From the NCBI GenBank assembly GCA_043805855.1, contig JAZDHP010000039.1, positions 1 through 12,876 on the forward strand: a stretch of 12,876 nucleotides of DNA, read 5' to 3'. Shown here one piece after another: positions 1 through 7,326 of this stretch. This stretch comes from Candidatus Micrarchaeota archaeon (GTDB lineage Archaea; Micrarchaeota; Micrarchaeia; Norongarragalinales; UBA8480). How positions within the stretch are numbered: position 1 is the first letter of the stretch; each line of letters starts with the position of its first letter. The translations under genes were made by a program, and so were the position numbers. The notes beneath the pieces were generated by a model, which was given only the letters and a program-made list of their open reading frames with translations, was not told the DNA's origin and made no database searches.

Positions 1-2
1 AA

Positions 3-845
3 GACAAATATACTCGCTCGGATTTAACGCGGCTTGTTGAAAAGTGGTCTTGGCAAGGAGAATATTCACTGCAAGAAGATTTGTTTGACAAAGTGTATTT
101 TGAAGAGCAAATTAAACAGTCTGCGAATATTGACGACAAAATAGTTGATAAAATAAAGGAGAACAAAAAGGCGTTTGAAGAGACGCTAAAAACATTAGAT
201 GCAAATACGCAAAAGTTAGCGCAAATCGTTAACAAGTACGTCGTTCTACGCACGCACCGCATTGACATTGTGAAAAAGTTCCTCGTTAATATGAGGCAAT
301 TTTACATTCATTTAACAAAGCTGCTGCAAGGCAAAGGTTTCACATACAATGAAATAATTAATTTAACGCGGCGAGAAATTGTAGATTTTCTTGAGAAAAA
401 CATTATCCCAAATTTAAGCGATACAAAGAAACGCGTAAACGGCGAAGTCGCCTATTTGTACAAGGGAAAGGTTGAATTTATTTCAATTACAAAGCTAGAA
501 ACGCAAGAAACTAGAGCGCCGAATGTAAGTTTAACAAAGGGAAAACCCGCCAACGGAGGCACAGCAACTGGGCCAGCAGTAATTGTAAAAACAAAAAGCG
601 ATTTACTTAAAGTGCGCAGCGGCTGCGTATTAGTTGCACAGACTACTTATCCAGAATACACGCCGTTCATGAAAAAAGCAGTTGCAATTGTCACCGATGA
701 AGGCGGGGTAACATCACACGCAGCAATAGTTGCAAGAGAATTGGGAATTCCTTGTATTGTCGGCACGAAAAACGCAACAAAAATATTTACAGACAACGAA
801 CTTATCATAGTAAATGCGGACAAAGGAACTGTTGAAAAAACTTAA
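3..845 (+). CDS. PEP-utilizing enzyme family protein with C-terminal swivel phospho-histidine domain (5'-truncated by window edge)
   Basis: The frame is open from position 3 (DKYTRSDLTRLVEKWSWQGEYSLQEDL...), so the TTG at 81 is probably not the true start. C-terminal motifs are VLVAQTTYPEYTPFM and GGVTSHAAIVARELGIPCIVG (catalytic His). The protein ends right after this domain. Confidence 0.85.
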   Translation, partial: DKYTRSDLTRLVEKWSWQGEYSLQEDLFDKVYFEEQIKQSANIDDKIVDKIKENKKAFEETLKTLDANTQKLAQIVNKYVVLRTHRIDIVKKFLVNMRQFYIHLTKLLQGKGFTYNEIINLTRREIVDFLEKNIIPNLSDTKKRVNGEVAYLYKGKVEFISITKLETQETRAPNVSLTKGKPANGGTATGPAVIVKTKSDLLKVRSGCVLVAQTTYPEYTPFMKKAVAIVTDEGGVTSHAAIVARELGIPCIVGTKNATKIFTDNELIIVNADKGTVEKT

Positions 846-854
846 ACATAACCC

Positions 855-893
855 TTTTAATTACTAGTAATTAGTATACTTACGGGTAATTAC
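855..893 (+). promoter_or_regulatory. Promoter/operator of the DUF4258 operon: TATA-like TTTTAA plus palindromes
   Basis: Perfect 16-bp palindrome TAATTACTAGTAATTA (858-873), plus AGTATACT (873-880) and GTAATTAC (886-893), directly upstream of the ATG at 897. Confidence 0.6.
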
Positions 894-896
894 TTT

Positions 897-1112
897 ATGA
901 AAACCACGTTCACAGGACATGCATTGAAGCGCATGTATGAACGGAACATAAGCCCAGAAGAAGTAAAACTGTACCTTGGAAGGGGAATGAAGTGGTTCGC
1001 GAAAACAGAGGGCGAATCTGGCCGTTGGCATTCTAAAATGGGTAATGTTGAAGTGGTTTTTGAAAGTACTGAAAAAGAAACAACCGTCATTACGGTTTAT
1101 TGGGTGGAGTAA
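897..1112 (+). CDS. DUF4258-like small protein (RelE/BrnT-like putative toxin nuclease fold)
   Basis: 71 aa with the characteristic FTGHALKRMYERNISPEEV N-terminus and VITVY C-terminus. It lies directly upstream of a Zn-finger/AbrB gene. Confidence 0.75.
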   Translation: MKTTFTGHALKRMYERNISPEEVKLYLGRGMKWFAKTEGESGRWHSKMGNVEVVFESTEKETTVITVYWVE

Positions 1113-1114
1113 AA

Positions 1115-1441
1115 ATGAAGTGTCCAATGTGTTATACTGAAGTGAAAAGGGGGAAAGTTACTGAAGAATATTTAGGCCACGAACTAGGTGAATTTGAAGG
1201 GTGGATCTGCTCAAAGTGTGGGGAAACTTTACTAACTGAGCAAAGCGCCAAAGTTGCATTTAATAAAGCTAAGAAACTTGGACTAACTGGATTAAGCGAA
1301 AGGGGAACAATTGCGAAGAGTGGCAACTCATTGGTTGTACGCATTAAAAAGACATTGGCAGATTACTTAAACATTACTGCTGGAAAGCAAGTTTTCCTGC
1401 ACCCAGAGGGAAAAAATAAGCTTGTGGTAGAAATAGCGTGA
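1115..1441 (+). CDS. YgiT/MqsA-type zinc finger fused to AbrB/MazE/SpoVT DNA-binding domain (putative antitoxin/regulator)
   Basis: MKCPMC...WICSKCGE (two CxxC pairs) followed by IAKSGNSLVVRIKKTLADYLNITAGKQV (AbrB signature). The ATG at 1115 follows SD-like GGTGGAG and is preferred over the TTG at 1100. Confidence 0.8.
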   Translation: MKCPMCYTEVKRGKVTEEYLGHELGEFEGWICSKCGETLLTEQSAKVAFNKAKKLGLTGLSERGTIAKSGNSLVVRIKKTLADYLNITAGKQVFLHPEGKNKLVVEIA

Positions 1442-1914
1442 CAAACAAAATCACAATTCGCAAAGCAACTCTTGTTGATGTTCCGTTACTTTTGGAAAAC
1501 TGGAAGAAGTTAATGCGTTTAAACGCGCAAGTGCATCGCATTTATAGGTTAAAGAAAAAACACACTGATTTTTATCCGCCATTCATAAGAAAAATATTAA
1601 AAACACGAAAGGCAGTAGTGTTTATTGCAGAAATCGACGGAAAATGCGCTGGGCACATTCTAGTTGAACTAAAAACTTTGCCAAAATGCTATGTAATTAA
1701 ATTAGAAGCGTACATTTCTGAACTTTTTGTAAAGAAAGAATACCGCAGGAAAGGAATCGCTACACGTTTGCTAGCCGAAGCGGAGAAGTGGGGAAAGAAA
1801 AAACACGCCGCACAGTTCGGGCTAACTGTAAACGTGCAAAACAAAAACGCGCAGGCTTGCTATTCTAAATTCGGGCTGCAAGTACAGCGTTTTAAAATGA
1901 TAAAGGAAATCTAG
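1438..1914 (+). CDS. GNAT family N-acetyltransferase
   Basis: IRKAT N-terminus, motif A ISELFVKKEYRRKGIATRLL, and NKNAQACYSKFG. The GTG start overlaps the upstream TGA (GTGA). Confidence 0.9.
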   Translation: MTNKITIRKATLVDVPLLLENWKKLMRLNAQVHRIYRLKKKHTDFYPPFIRKILKTRKAVVFIAEIDGKCAGHILVELKTLPKCYVIKLEAYISELFVKKEYRRKGIATRLLAEAEKWGKKKHAAQFGLTVNVQNKNAQACYSKFGLQVQRFKMIKEI

Positions 1915-1968
1915 GCAAAAACAGATGTGTTTTAAATCTAATTTACGTCAATTAGGTTAGGTGAAAAT

Positions 1969-2550
1969 ATGTCGAAAAGCACTACGCAGGAACGTAATGT
2001 TATTGAAATAACCCGAAATACAACTCACGCTCGTTTAGAAACTCCAATGATTGTACGCAGAACATCAACTGGCCGCACTGACTTTGTATATCACGAAGCG
2101 CAATATGTAATTGAATCAGGGGCACTAACCACCAGAGGCCGAGTAGCCGCAGTTAAACGCATTGCAATGGTACTAGATCATTTAAACCATGAAAAACTTG
2201 CTACGGGCCGCGTGCCGAACGTGCACCACTCAGTTGAAATTACATCAAACTACCACCTGCAAGATACGCGCGGAGAACCTAAATCTGGATTTATATCTAT
2301 AGCAGTACGCGCTGGCGGTCACGTTAAAAAAACAAAAATTCGCCCAAATGCGCCGCAACTTGCTGAAGTTGAACACACGTTTAGGCGCCTAGATGAACAA
2401 GCCCGCAAAGCAATAGTAAATGCAATTAAAGCATTTAGATTAAAAGCAAAAGTATACACCAACCGGAAAATATTGTACGATGACTCAGCAACTGGCCTTA
2501 GTGATTTTGACCGCACTTTCAGGAGAGGCGAAGAAAAGCCAGAAGCATAA
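1969..2550 (+). CDS. Hypothetical basic protein (193 aa)
   Basis: Long ORF with SD AGGTGA shortly upstream of the ATG and TATA-like TTTTAAAT at ~1930-1937. No motif recognised. Confidence 0.7.
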   Translation: MSKSTTQERNVIEITRNTTHARLETPMIVRRTSTGRTDFVYHEAQYVIESGALTTRGRVAAVKRIAMVLDHLNHEKLATGRVPNVHHSVEITSNYHLQDTRGEPKSGFISIAVRAGGHVKKTKIRPNAPQLAEVEHTFRRLDEQARKAIVNAIKAFRLKAKVYTNRKILYDDSATGLSDFDRTFRRGEEKPEA

Positions 2551-2574
2551 CAACAGCTACTTTAGAAATAAACA

Positions 2575-2625
2575 GCAAAAAAAAGAGAAAATTAAAGAAA
2601 AAAAATAAAAATTAAGAAATAAAGG
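2575..2625 (-). terminator. Oligo-T tract terminator region for the r-protein/valS operon
   Basis: A-rich tract on + (AAAAAAAAGAGAAAATTAAAGAAAAAAAATAAAAA) reads as U-runs on the minus strand just after the rps3ae stop, between convergent genes. Confidence 0.55.
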
Positions 2626-2634
2626 GGTAAGAAG

Positions 2635-3321
2635 TTAAGCAGGTACTTCGTTTGCTTGTGTGTTTTCTTCAGCTTCTTCTTTTTGTTCTTCCTGCGTTTC
2701 AGGCTGTTCAGCTGGTTTTTCCTGCGATTCGACTTGTTCTATGTCAAACACTTCTTTTAATTCAGTTTTGTAGATTTCAATTCTCTTTATTGGAAAGAGC
2801 TTTTTCAATTCGCCGAGTAGTTCAGTCGACGCTTTGCCGCGGAGAACCTCGTTGATGAACTTGCCGAAGTCTTCGTTGGAGATTTTATTTCGCAATGAAG
2901 TTGCAAGTGTTGAACGCAATACGTGGCGCTGTGAGGAACTGGCTTTACCGTTTGTTACAATTAACACTTTTACTGTGAATTCAACGCCGTCGCTTGACTT
3001 GACTGGCAAAATGTTGTAAAGCATTGACCTGTTTCGACGGCCTAGAGCTTGAATGTGCTCGCGTGCCAACGCGTGGCCGATGAATTTTGAATAGGCGTTT
3101 TTGCCTTTTATCTCTTCAACTCGCAATTTCACATTTATGTACATGTGTGACAAGTCTTTCGTAATGTCTTTTAATGGCATTTCGATAATTCTATTAAGCA
3201 AGTGAACTGGATCTTGTGCTGGCACTTGCGCTACTTCAACTTCGTTGAATAGCTTTGGTGCAATTAATGTAAACCACTGTTTTACTTTCCAAGTGTCAAT
3301 TGCTTTTTTCTTAACTGCCAT
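2635..3321 (-). CDS. rps3ae: 30S ribosomal protein S3Ae (eS1), with acidic C-terminal tail
   Basis: KKKAIDTWKVKQWFTLIAPKLF, NRIIEMPLKDITKD and KKLFPIKRIEIYK motifs. SD GGTGA. Downstream of rps15 as in other archaea. Confidence 0.95.
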   Translation of the reverse strand: MAVKKKAIDTWKVKQWFTLIAPKLFNEVEVAQVPAQDPVHLLNRIIEMPLKDITKDLSHMYINVKLRVEEIKGKNAYSKFIGHALAREHIQALGRRNRSMLYNILPVKSSDGVEFTVKVLIVTNGKASSSQRHVLRSTLATSLRNKISNEDFGKFINEVLRGKASTELLGELKKLFPIKRIEIYKTELKEVFDIEQVESQEKPAEQPETQEEQKEEAEENTQANEVPA

Positions 3322-3342
3322 AAATATTTTTCACCATTTTTT

Positions 3343-3795
3343 CTACTTTACGATAAGCGCTGCGGTTTCTGGGTCGTATTTCCATTTTGCAGGTAGTTGT
3401 TTACCTCGGTAATATACCACTAAACGTTTTATTTTAGCTTCAATGTGACCTAGTTTCGTCCTGTTTGCCTTGTCACTTGGATTTTTCTTTAAGTGTTTCA
3501 TTACAGTAACCGCTTTTTGTAAAAGCGCAACTAAATCCGAAGGATATTTCGGTGTAAGTTGCTTTTCTGCAAGTATTTGAGAAATGGTTTTTCCAGTAAT
3601 TTCCCTAACGCTTGGCACCCCATATTGATCGCGTAGGATTAGCCCAATTTTAGCTTCTGTTTTACCTTCTTTGAAGAAAGTTTCAATAAAAGTAGCTAGT
3701 TCTTCCTTGGAATAGCCCACCCATTTCTTTGCATTGCTTGTAACTGGTTTATTAGACCCGGATTTGCCCTTTTTTCGCGTATGTAATCTAGCCAT
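3343..3795 (-). CDS. rps15: 30S ribosomal protein S15 (uS15, archaeal type)
   Basis: MARLHTRKKGKSGS, IGLILRDQYGVPSV and EAKIKRLVVYYR...LPAKWKYDP. Confidence 0.97.
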   Translation of the reverse strand: MARLHTRKKGKSGSNKPVTSNAKKWVGYSKEELATFIETFFKEGKTEAKIGLILRDQYGVPSVREITGKTISQILAEKQLTPKYPSDLVALLQKAVTVMKHLKKNPSDKANRTKLGHIEAKIKRLVVYYRGKQLPAKWKYDPETAALIVK

Positions 3796-3810
3796 AAAAT
3801 AATCAACTCT

Positions 3811-6195
3811 TTAAACTTTAAAATTAATAGAAAGTTCATTGTTCTTTGAAACATTCAGGGTTTTAATCCTAGCGATTTTGCTTATATCTATCTCAATATC
3901 GCCAAAGTCGCCTAAAAGCGCTTCTGGAACGCCAATATCCCCACTCGCGATTGCCTCACTGAGAGATATCTGTTTCGAGCTGCGGAACTTCCTTGCTTGG
4001 GCAATTACCTCGTGCAGTAGGACCGCTAGTTTCTCTGCCTGTTCGTCAGCTGGTATTTTCACTTCGACGGGCCAACTGGAAACGTGAATAGATTTGACTT
4101 TTTCCTCGCTGGCGAAGCCCATTTCATGGAATAGCTCTTCAGTGACAAACGGCGCAAACGGTGCGAGTAACTTAAGCGTTGTTTTGAGCACTTCGCGTAA
4201 GCAATACTGTGCTTCGCCTTTATTTGCCGCGTCTTCATAAATACGATATTTTACATCTTCAAGGTAATAATCGCAAAATTGGTGCCAGAAGAAAGAGTGA
4301 ACAGCGTTAATCGCAACGTAGTAGTCATACTCGTTCAACGCTTTGGTTGCAACTGCAGTTGTCTTTGCTAAACTGGACAAAATCCACTTATCCGTTATCG
4401 AAAAGTTCTTTTCTTTGGGTTCTTTATATCCTTCAAGCGCCTTTTCAACGAATTTAGCAGCGTTCCATAACTTGATTAAGAAGGAATTCGCGTATTCAAT
4501 ATCTTTATAGGCAAATGGACGGTCTTTTGCCATTACTCCAGAAAGCGCAGCCCATTGTCTTAGAGAATCGGCGGGGAACTTCGCAAGAAGTGCTTCTGGA
4601 TCTTCGTAATTGCCAAGGCTTTTGCTCATTTTCTTTCCATCTGTTCCTAAAATACTTCCATTAATAAGCACGTCTTTGAACGGCGCCTTGCCAGTAAGCG
4701 CCAAGCAACGGTAAGTAGTGTAAAACGCCCACGTGCGTATAATTTCCAACCCCTGTGGCCTCAACGACGCAGGGTATAGCTTTTCCCAGTCCTTTTCAGG
4801 CCAGTTAGCAATCACAAGCGGCGAAATACTCGAGTCAACCCAGCAGTCACATACGGAAACTTCTCCCTTTATTGCGCCGCCGCAATCGCATTTCTTCAAG
4901 TGGAATTCTTGCAACGCTGGGTCAACTGGCAATTCGCTTTCCTTCGGAGGGTAAACTTTGCCGCACTTGTCGCAGTTCCAAAACGGTAACGGAGTACCGT
5001 AGATTCTCTGGCGCGAGATAACCCAGTCAAAATCAATAAAGTTCGCCCAGTCAATTAAATATTGAACTGCAAACGACGGATACCACGTCATTTCCTTTTG
5101 GCCAGCGTCTTTAATCTTCTGCGACCAGTCTTTCAATGCCATGAACCACTGGATACTTGAAAGTAACTCAACTGGCTTATTGCAACGATCGTGAACTTTT
5201 ACAGTTTGTTGAAGTGTTTCTTGCCTTGTCAACACACTTTTTTCTTTTAGTTGCTCTAGGATTTTCTCGCGCGCTTCGTGAATCTTTAAACCATTAAACT
5301 CGCCGGCGTTTACCAAACGGCCGTAATTGTCAAGCGCCTCGATGAAAGGCAACTTATAGCGGTACATCCATGCAACGTCGGCTTTGTCTCCAAAAGTGCA
5401 AACCATAACCGCGCCAGTTCCAAAAGCCGCGTCTACTTCACTATCAGCAATTATTTTAACTTCTTTTCCAAATGGAGTAACTGCGTTTTTACCAATGTAA
5501 CTTGCAAAACGAGCGTCTGTAGGGTTAACCAGCACAGCAACGCACGCGTGGAGAAGTTCAGGCCGCGTTGTCGCGATTGAAAATGGCTTGCTGTCAACTG
5601 TGAAATTTAAATAATTTAATTTAGTTTCACGCTGAACGTCGTCAGTTTCTGCCTTTGCAATTGCACTTTGGCAGTTAATACAAAATAAAACCGGGTGTTT
5701 CTCTTTGTAAACTAACTTCTTTTCATACATCTTCAAAATTGATAGTTGTACCTTTTTGTGATAACTTGGGTCAATTGTCCGGTATTCGTATTTCCAGTCT
5801 GGCGCAAAACCCATTCGCTCCATTTGGCTTTTCATCTTCGTGATGTTTTCCAATGTGAATTCAACGCACTTCTTTTTGAACTCCGCCCTGCTTAGCTTTT
5901 CCTTACCGTGCATCTTTTCAACTTTTACCTCAGTTGGAAACCCCTGACAGTCCCAACCCTGCGGGTAGAAAACGTTAAACCCTTTCATCCTCTTGAATCG
6001 ACTAGCAAAGTCAAAATAAGCATACGAGAGCACGTGCCCCATGTGCAACGCGCCTGAGGTAAATGGCGGCGGGGAGTCAATTGAATAAATTTGCGCTTTA
6101 CTCTTTGGGTCAAATGCGTAAACTTCATCATCGGCCCATTTTTTGGACCATTTCTTTTGAAGTTCAACAGCCTCGAACCTTTGGCTAAGCGGCAT
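3811..6195 (-). CDS. valS: Valine--tRNA ligase (archaeal type)
   Basis: SIDSPPPFTSGALHMGH (HIGH motif), GWDCQGFP, ATTRPELL, GTGAVMVCTFGD, DWVISRQR, LRPQGLEIIRTW and KMSKS. SD GAGGT overlaps the rpl24e stop. Confidence 0.96.
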   Translation of the reverse strand: MPLSQRFEAVELQKKWSKKWADDEVYAFDPKSKAQIYSIDSPPPFTSGALHMGHVLSYAYFDFASRFKRMKGFNVFYPQGWDCQGFPTEVKVEKMHGKEKLSRAEFKKKCVEFTLENITKMKSQMERMGFAPDWKYEYRTIDPSYHKKVQLSILKMYEKKLVYKEKHPVLFCINCQSAIAKAETDDVQRETKLNYLNFTVDSKPFSIATTRPELLHACVAVLVNPTDARFASYIGKNAVTPFGKEVKIIADSEVDAAFGTGAVMVCTFGDKADVAWMYRYKLPFIEALDNYGRLVNAGEFNGLKIHEAREKILEQLKEKSVLTRQETLQQTVKVHDRCNKPVELLSSIQWFMALKDWSQKIKDAGQKEMTWYPSFAVQYLIDWANFIDFDWVISRQRIYGTPLPFWNCDKCGKVYPPKESELPVDPALQEFHLKKCDCGGAIKGEVSVCDCWVDSSISPLVIANWPEKDWEKLYPASLRPQGLEIIRTWAFYTTYRCLALTGKAPFKDVLINGSILGTDGKKMSKSLGNYEDPEALLAKFPADSLRQWAALSGVMAKDRPFAYKDIEYANSFLIKLWNAAKFVEKALEGYKEPKEKNFSITDKWILSSLAKTTAVATKALNEYDYYVAINAVHSFFWHQFCDYYLEDVKYRIYEDAANKGEAQYCLREVLKTTLKLLAPFAPFVTEELFHEMGFASEEKVKSIHVSSWPVEVKIPADEQAEKLAVLLHEVIAQARKFRSSKQISLSEAIASGDIGVPEALLGDFGDIEIDISKIARIKTLNVSKNNELSINFKV

Positions 6196-6205
6196 TTTAA
6201 AACCT

Positions 6206-6364
6206 CTATTTCTTCGTCCACTTCAAGTTAGCTGGCTTTCGTTTTAACTTGAAGTTACATTCGCACTTGTGCGAACAAAAAAAGTTCGAAGAACCATCTT
6301 TGTGAAACAATTTAATCCCACGGCCAGCTGCCGCGTCTCTAGAACAAAATGAACAAATTACCAT
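6206..6364 (-). CDS. rpl24e: 50S ribosomal protein L24e (eL24), absent from the supplied ORF track
   Basis: Manual translation: MVICSFCSRDAAAGRGIKLFHKDGSSNFFCSHKCECNFKLKRKPANLKWTKK* (52 aa). Has the CxxC...CxxKC Zn motif and KWT end, and sits in the canonical position after rps28e with an upstream GAGGT. Confidence 0.95.
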   Translation of the reverse strand: MVICSFCSRDAAAGRGIKLFHKDGSSNFFCSHKCECNFKLKRKPANLKWTKK

Positions 6365-6377
6365 TTTTCACAAAACC

Positions 6378-6794
6378 TCATCTTACAATTGTTTTCTTTT
6401 TCTTCTGGCGCAACGGCCTAGCTTCGCGCTCGCTTTCAGTTAAAACTAAATAATCTTTTACACGCACTGGACCCTTTACATTGCGGCGAATAATACGGCC
6501 TTTATCGCGACCAGTAAGCACCTTACAAAGCACTTGGTTAACTTCACCAAACACACCGGTTTTGCCAACAATTTCAGTAATCTGTGCAATTACTCCGTCA
6601 ATTTCTAATTCTTGCTTCTCAGCTGGAGCTTTTGATTCAACTGGCTTTGCTACGCCTTCAGTAGTTTCCTTTTGCGGTTCACTCTTCTCTTCCTTTTTCA
6701 CTTCTTTTTCTTCCCGCTTGCCCTCTTTCTTTTCTTCTTTTTTACCCTTGTGAGCCGATGCAGCGGTTTTTTCACTTTCAGTTTTTTCAACCAT
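6378..6794 (-). CDS. rps28e: 30S ribosomal protein S28e (eS28) with long charged N-terminal extension
   Basis: Core [37 protein letters not shown]...LTESEREAR. Located between rpl7ae and rpl24e. Confidence 0.95.
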   Translation of the reverse strand: MVEKTESEKTAASAHKGKKEEKKEGKREEKEVKKEEKSEPQKETTEGVAKPVESKAPAEKQELEIDGVIAQITEIVGKTGVFGEVNQVLCKVLTGRDKGRIIRRNVKGPVRVKDYLVLTESEREARPLRQKKKKTIVR

Positions 6795-6803
6795 TTAAAA
6801 ATT

Positions 6804-7181
6804 TCAACTCTTTTCCTGTTTAGCTGGAACAAACTTAGAAGCCAATTCCTTCAATGTAGATTCTCCTGAACCTGCGGCAGTTATAGCAACAGCAGCAGTG
6901 CCGACTTTTAGACCAGCAGCTGCGCCTAGATCTTTCTTAGCCGCAACAAATAGAAACGGAATTGCACGCTCTGCGCAAATTGCAGGTAGGTGCATTACAA
7001 TTTCTTCTGGGTCAACGTCCTCTGCAATAATAACTAGTTTCGCTTCGCCGCGTTCAATTGCCTTTGTAGCTTCGTTTGTACCTTTACGTACACCGTTAGC
7101 TGCTTTTGCAGATTCAACAACTTGCAGTGCTTTAGCCTGTACATCTACAGGAGTCGCGAACTTAACATAAGACTTAGCCAT
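6804..7181 (-). CDS. rpl7ae: 50S ribosomal protein L7Ae (eL8)
   Basis: YVKF...VRKGTNEATKAIERGEAKLVIIAEDVDPEEIVMHLP...KKDLGAAAGL. SD GAGGTG upstream. Confidence 0.98.
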   Translation of the reverse strand: MAKSYVKFATPVDVQAKALQVVESAKAANGVRKGTNEATKAIERGEAKLVIIAEDVDPEEIVMHLPAICAERAIPFLFVAAKKDLGAAAGLKVGTAAVAITAAGSGESTLKELASKFVPAKQEKS

Positions 7182-7231
7182 ACCTTTACATACACCTCAA
7201 ACTATTCTCATTGGTTTATATCTACTTTTAT

Positions 7232-7270
7232 CACACAGTCATGAAAAATTGAAAACTAATATCCTGTGCA
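7232..7270 (-). promoter_or_regulatory. Candidate K-turn/K-loop hairpin in the rpl7ae 5' UTR (L7Ae autoregulatory site)
   Basis: Minus strand reads UGCACAG-GA-[uauuaguuuucaauuuuuca]-U-GA-CUGUGUG. This is a 7-bp stem capped by tandem G.A/A.G pairs, with U before the 3' GA. Confidence 0.5.
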
Positions 7271-7284
7271 GTACAACAAATAGC

Positions 7285-7303
7285 AAGAAAAAGGTATTAT
7301 AAG
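7285..7303. promoter_or_regulatory. Bidirectional TATA element between divergent rpl7ae and orphan gene
   Basis: TATTATAAG (7295-7303), preceded on + by purine-rich AAGAAAAAGG. It is ~24 nt before the ATG at 7327 and, read as CTTATAATA on minus, ~25 nt before the rpl7ae leader hairpin. Confidence 0.55.
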
Positions 7304-7326
7304 CTTACGGCGCTGGCTTTATACCA

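Noticed and set aside
7186..7198. Start-stop mini-ORF ATGTAA right after the rpl7ae SD (GAGGTG-T-ATGTAA, minus strand)
   Set aside because: A 1-nt spacing from the SD is too short for initiation, so this is likely chance.
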